Assembly (NCBI GenBank): GCA_963705305.1
Contig: OY970067.1
Span: 256,001 to 320,000, forward strand
Reading direction: 5' to 3'
Length of the DNA: 64,000 nucleotides
Origin: an uncultured Methylomirabilota bacterium
GTDB lineage: Bacteria > Methylomirabilota > Methylomirabilia > Methylomirabilales > 2-02-FULL-66-22
Both the position numbers and the translations under genes were made by a program. This document shows, in pieces, positions 59,802 through 64,000 of the stretch (position 1 is the first letter of the stretch; each line of letters begins with the position of its first letter). A model generated the notes under the pieces. That model made no database searches. It saw only the letters and a list, made by a program, of their open reading frames with translations, and had not been told where the DNA came from.

Positions 59802-60950
59802 CTACTTCGCCCGGACGTTGACGACTTTGATCAGCTTGTGCTGGCCCTGCTCGATCCGCACGACGCTCACCTCGGACAGGCCGTCCCCGTTCGGCGTGAA
59901 GTTGAACGCGCCCAGCACCCCCTGGTAGCCCTGGGTGGCCAGGAGGGCCTCGCGGATCTTGGCGCGGTCCTCGCCGGCCTTCCGGATCGCGTTCACAAGG
60001 ATGTTCAGCCCGTCATAGGTCCAGGCCGAGGTCGGGTCGAAGGATTCGTGGTACTCCTCCTGGTAGGCCGCCGCGTACTGGCGCGTGGCCGGGCTGGAGC
60101 CGGGCACATAGTCGGTCACGCCGAGGATGCCCTCGGCAGCCTCCTTGGCCAGGTTCAGGCAGTCCCGCTCGACGCTGGAGGGCGTGCCGATGAACTGGTA
60201 CGGCGAGCCGAGCTGGCGGTACTGGCGCAGGACCACCGCCGCATCTTCGGGGTTCGTCACGTACAGGACGAGGATCTGGGCCCCGGCGTTCTTGATCGAC
60301 AGGAGTTGCGCCGTATAGTCCTTGTCCTTGGTCGTGTACCTCTCTCGCTTCACGACCGTGAGGCCCGCCTGCTTGGCCCCCGCCTCCACCAGATCGGCGC
60401 CTCCCGTCCCGAAGGCATCACTGTCGTGCAGGATGCCCACCTTGGTCAGCTTGGCGTCCTCCTTGATGTACTTCACGATCGCGGCGGCGGCGATGGAATC
60501 GTCCGGCCGCACCCGGAACAGCCAGGGATTGCCCTGCCGGGTGAGGGTCGCGTTCGTCCCGCCGATGATGGTGGGGACGCCGTAGCCCTTGATCGCATCC
60601 GAGATGGCGAGGATCTGCGTGCTTTTCACCGTACTGACCAGCGCGAGCACCTTGTCCTGCTCCACCGCCTTCTGGAGCGCCGCCAACGCCCCGGGGTTGG
60701 TGGACTGGTTGTCCTCGATCCGAAGGTCGATCTTCTTGCCGTGCACACCGCCCGCCTCATTGATCTGCTTGAGCGCCAGCTTGATGGCCTTGCTCTGGTA
60801 CGATCCCTGGGCTGCCGAGGCTCCCGTGAGCGGCGGCGTGAAGCCGAGCCTGATTTCCTGTGCGCTCGTCGGGGCCGGCGCGCCGAGGAGCCCGCAGACC
60901 GCGAAAAGGATGGTGCCGACCAACAACATACGCCCCAGATGCCGCATCAT
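59802..60950 (-). CDS. ABC substrate-binding protein (Liv-type), orphan
   Basis: Signal peptide, PPLTG, INEAGG, WLFRVRP, DYTAQL, YDG. Confidence 0.92.
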   Translation of the reverse strand: MMRHLGRMLLVGTILFAVCGLLGAPAPTSAQEIRLGFTPPLTGASAAQGSYQSKAIKLALKQINEAGGVHGKKIDLRIEDNQSTNPGALAALQKAVEQDKVLALVSTVKSTQILAISDAIKGYGVPTIIGGTNATLTRQGNPWLFRVRPDDSIAAAAIVKYIKEDAKLTKVGILHDSDAFGTGGADLVEAGAKQAGLTVVKRERYTTKDKDYTAQLLSIKNAGAQILVLYVTNPEDAAVVLRQYRQLGSPYQFIGTPSSVERDCLNLAKEAAEGILGVTDYVPGSSPATRQYAAAYQEEYHESFDPTSAWTYDGLNILVNAIRKAGEDRAKIREALLATQGYQGVLGAFNFTPNGDGLSEVSVVRIEQGQHKLIKVVNVRAK

Positions 60951-61651
60951 TTACGCCTCCTTGTCCCCCGCTCCCGTGTCCGGTTGTTGGCTCAGACCCC
61001 CTCCTATACTCACATGTGGGTCCTGTTCGCCCGGTGAGCGGCTGGTCCACCGGCCGAGCCGGAGCATCGATCTCAGCCGAGGTCTTGGCGATCAGGCCGC
61101 CGGGACGGCATGGCAGGATCCTGGCGGGTCTCCCGGGGGGCGGGAAAAGGTGCCAGGCTCCTTGTTGGCAGGAGCGCGGGGAGAAGGATGATGAGACAAG
61201 AGCGGGCGCGTCCGGCCATTGGCCTGGCTCGGGTCCGGAGCGCTGACCCTGCCCCACCGCATGGAATCTCCTTCGTCGATGATCTCAGCGACTGACAACA
61301 GTCCGCAGAGTACTCCCGGCCTCCTCGGCCTGTCAAGAAGAGCTAAAGGCAGCTTGGATCTAAGGTTGATCGAACGGTCCTCCTCAAAGCAGCCGGCCCC
61401 CCTGCTATCCCTGCCGGCTGTCAGGGTGACACGCGGGCCCTGCCCCGCGGACACGCCCGGCCGGACGTTCGAGCGATGGATGGGCCCATTTTTCCATGGG
61501 TTACCGCCTCGGGCGACAGTTTCCCCGGTGGCACAGAGCTTGCGTCTCGGGGGATGGCGTGGAGCACATTCAACCTTTTCCCTTGAAAGGAATCCAATCT
61601 AGCAGAACAAACACACCATATCCTTCCACCACTCACACGGGAGGCCGTAAC

Positions 61652-62179
61652 ATGAAACCGAAGATGAGTTACGCGTTGGGATGCCTTGTGGGGCTGGCGC
61701 TTTGCGTGCCCCTGGCCCAAGCCCAGACCACCTCCTCCAGCACGTCGAGCAGCGCGACGACCCCCTCGACCTCGACTACGGTCGCGCCGGGCTCGCAAAC
61801 CACTCAGCAGGGCCAGCAGGCCCTCCAGCAGGCTCAGCAGGCGGTCCAACAAGACCGGCAGACCCTCAACCAGGCCCGGCAGAACCTCCGGCAGGACAAC
61901 CAGACCGTCCAGCAGGATCGCTCGGCCGTCCAGCAGGCCCGGCAGACGGTCCAGCAGGACTGGCAGAAGCTCCAGGCGGACCAGAAGGCCGGGAACCAGA
62001 GTGCCGTGACCGCCGACCGGGCGGCCCTCCAGCAGGCCCGGCAGACGGCCCAGCAGGACCGGCAGACCCTCAACCAGGCCCGGCAGACCCGGCACCAGGA
62101 CCGGAAGGACCTGCATGCCGACCGGCGGCACGCCCGGCACGAGCGGCATGAGGAGCACGCGGAGGAGAGCCACAAGTAA
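61652..62179 (+). CDS. Secreted Gln-rich heptad-repeat protein with His-rich tail
   Basis: GGAGG RBS, signal peptide, S/T linker, (QQD/QAR..) 7-aa repeats, HARHERHEEH end. Confidence 0.8.
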   Translation: MKPKMSYALGCLVGLALCVPLAQAQTTSSSTSSSATTPSTSTTVAPGSQTTQQGQQALQQAQQAVQQDRQTLNQARQNLRQDNQTVQQDRSAVQQARQTVQQDWQKLQADQKAGNQSAVTADRAALQQARQTAQQDRQTLNQARQTRHQDRKDLHADRRHARHERHEEHAEESHK

Positions 62180-62266
62180 GCGGCATCGGACGACCGGCAA
62201 TCCACCCCCGGGGGCCCCACCCGCCCAGGGCGGGCCCCCGGGGGCTTTGTAAAGAGGCGAGCCGCG

Positions 62267-62644
62267 ATGAAGTATTTGACGGCACTCTGCGGGGTGCTGC
62301 TCGCCGGCGCCCTGCTCACCCCCGCGTCCCCGGCCTGGGCCGGCCCGGAGAAAGACCCGAAGTTTCAGAAGAACCACCCGCGCCAGACGCAGGTGCTGAA
62401 CCGCGTGGATCGGGAGCGGAACCGCGTCAACACTCTCTACAGGCAGGGGAAGATCACCGCCCAACAGCGGAACCAGCTGCGGGGACAGATCCGCAGCGAG
62501 CGCAAGGAAGACTACACGGACGCCCGGGCCAACAGCAAGAATGGCACGGTCCGCAGCGGCTACATCACCCGGGGGCAGCAGGGCGGGATGAACCAGCAGG
62601 AGAATCAGATCAGCCGCGAGATCCGGCAAGACGCCGGCAAGTAG
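62267..62644 (+). CDS. Small secreted protein of unknown function
   Basis: Signal peptide plus HPR..V..R...GKIT...NG.IT..QQ..MNQQEN motif. Confidence 0.8.
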   Translation: MKYLTALCGVLLAGALLTPASPAWAGPEKDPKFQKNHPRQTQVLNRVDRERNRVNTLYRQGKITAQQRNQLRGQIRSERKEDYTDARANSKNGTVRSGYITRGQQGGMNQQENQISREIRQDAGK

Positions 62645-62850
62645 GAACCCCCCAAATTGAGGCGCGATGATATGCAAGGAACTCCAAGCCGGTGGACTCG
62701 CTCATCTTGGACATGAACTCTCAGGCGCTGTCTCTCGCCCACAGCAACCACCTGTTCACCGAACGGTGAATGGGGGATGGAGAATACGGCTTGAATTTCT
62801 CAACTAGCGATAACCCGTCATAACCCAAACTTCGATCAAGACACGAAATC

Positions 62851-63483
62851 ATGAAAACGCGAACGATGGTCCTCGCGCTTATCCCGAGTTTGTGGGCATG
62901 GGCCGCGATGGCGCAGGAACAGCCGCTGCGAATCCCGCCGCCGGGTGGCCAGGGGCCGCCGCCTCAAGCCTATGAGGATTGCAGGGGCAAGCAGGCTGGC
63001 GATGCGGTGCAACATATGACGAGGGAAGGCGCGGTGGCCGCCACCTGCGTGGACTCGCCCGGAGGTTTAGTGGCGCGGCCCAACCAGCCACCGAACAGCG
63101 GCGCAACGGATGATGCATCCCTGGAAGTGGCTGCTCGGGATGCCGAGACGGCCTTTCGCGCCTTCATGGAGGCGTGGGCCTATGACCAGCACTGGCGGAT
63201 GTGGGAGATGGGGACCGAGGCCAGCCGCAAGGGCATCGGACAAAATGAGTTTGCGGACCGCCTGCGGGCCTCGAAGATCAAACCTGCTGCCGGGAAGCAG
63301 GTGGAGGCCCTGGAGGCCGACCCGCATTCCGCTCGCTACGTCGAGCTCGATGTGCGGTTCAGCCTCGAGAACTCGTGGGACGCCACCAGCAATTCCTTCA
63401 GCGAGACGATCGAGGCTCGGAAGGAAGGTGCTGAGTGGAAGTTCGACCTCGGAGACTTCTTGCAGCTGCTCGCCAACTGGTAA
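62851..63483 (+). CDS. Secreted hypothetical protein, apparently two-domain
   Basis: Signal peptide, PPPQAYEDC...C small domain, then an NTF2-like segment ending GAEWKFD. Confidence 0.65.
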   Translation: MKTRTMVLALIPSLWAWAAMAQEQPLRIPPPGGQGPPPQAYEDCRGKQAGDAVQHMTREGAVAATCVDSPGGLVARPNQPPNSGATDDASLEVAARDAETAFRAFMEAWAYDQHWRMWEMGTEASRKGIGQNEFADRLRASKIKPAAGKQVEALEADPHSARYVELDVRFSLENSWDATSNSFSETIEARKEGAEWKFDLGDFLQLLANW

Positions 63484-63782
63484 GGCCTTTCTCTCCCTGC
63501 GCCTCGCCGGAGCGGGTTTCTCCGCCCTTTTTCATTGGAATTCTCTCGGACGATCCCGGGCCTCTGCACGCGGATGGCACCACAGCCCCCTCAGGGTGCC
63601 GGGGGACCGGACCGCCAATTGAGCATGAGAAACCTCCGGACCGAATGGACATTGAGCCAACCCAAAAACTGCTCCACCTTGAGGTTGAGCTTTCGACCGT
63701 CGCGTGGTTCTCTTGCAGCAAAGAGGAGGACGCGAGGATGCCACCGTGGTCTCCTCAGGCTTGATGGCTCATTTTCCTGCTC

Positions 63783-64000
63783 ATGCCGAGACGCTCACCC
63801 TGCAAGCGGTCGGACAACCGCGACCCTTGCAGGGCCCCGTTCTGGGCCCGCGCGGCCGCCAATATCGCCCGGGGCATGCCCCCCGGGGTTATGCTGGAGC
63901 GGTATGCCGCGCTGTCTCGGGCGATCGGCGCGCAGGTGATCCTGATGCCAAACCTGGAATCCTCGAGCCTCGCCGAGCAGGTGGCATGGTTCAAACGCCT
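63783..64000 (+). CDS. Partial ORF or gene fragment running off the window
   Basis: Open frame ending LERYAALSRAIGAQVILMPNLESSSLAEQVAWFKR, which looks protein-like and loosely resembles a glycoside hydrolase TIM barrel. Confidence 0.3.
   Translation, partial: MPRRSPCKRSDNRDPCRAPFWARAAANIARGMPPGVMLERYAALSRAIGAQVILMPNLESSSLAEQVAWFKR

Noticed and set aside
61092..61340. Promoter, RBS and short ORF upstream of the orphan binding-protein gene
   Set aside because: The product is low-complexity and unrecognisable; a real peptide cannot be supported.
61800..62110. Periodic repeats as a possible CRISPR array
   Set aside because: They are codon-phase repeats inside a CDS, with no unique spacers and no cas genes.
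62670..62740. AACTCTCAGGC resembling part of a glycine riboswitch
   Set aside because: The GGAGA and CCGAAG core elements and the P1 pairing are missing.

Overview
GC-rich bacterial chromosomal window. The many Liv-type ABC transporters and PilZ/REC proteins suggest a Methylomirabilota/Rokubacteria- or Deltaproteobacteria-like host, which is inference only. It is dominated by catabolic and signalling genes: (1) a divergent acyl-CoA dehydrogenase/ETF-QO/EtfB/EtfA operon; (2) two TPP-dependent E1 systems with no E2/E3 in the window; (3) iorAB-paaK, hyi-garR and an orphan DpgC-like cofactor-free dioxygenase; (4) an HTH-REC/histidine kinase/PilZ signalling cluster with a 10-bp-periodic candidate operator; (5) an APC permease followed by Gfo/Idh/MocA and an orphan PreA; (6) an IclR/RidA/Liv ABC/creatininase/amidohydrolase cluster; (7) several small secreted helical proteins. 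Non-coding structure includes at least three different MITE-like elements (one with clear TIRs and a 9-bp target duplication, several ending on the TAG stop codon of a gene), an IS3 transposase scar, and genes shortened by deletions at apparent short repeats (livH, ridA). I saw no rRNA, intact tRNA, CRISPR array or intact transposase. All family calls come from motif recognition by eye, not database searches.
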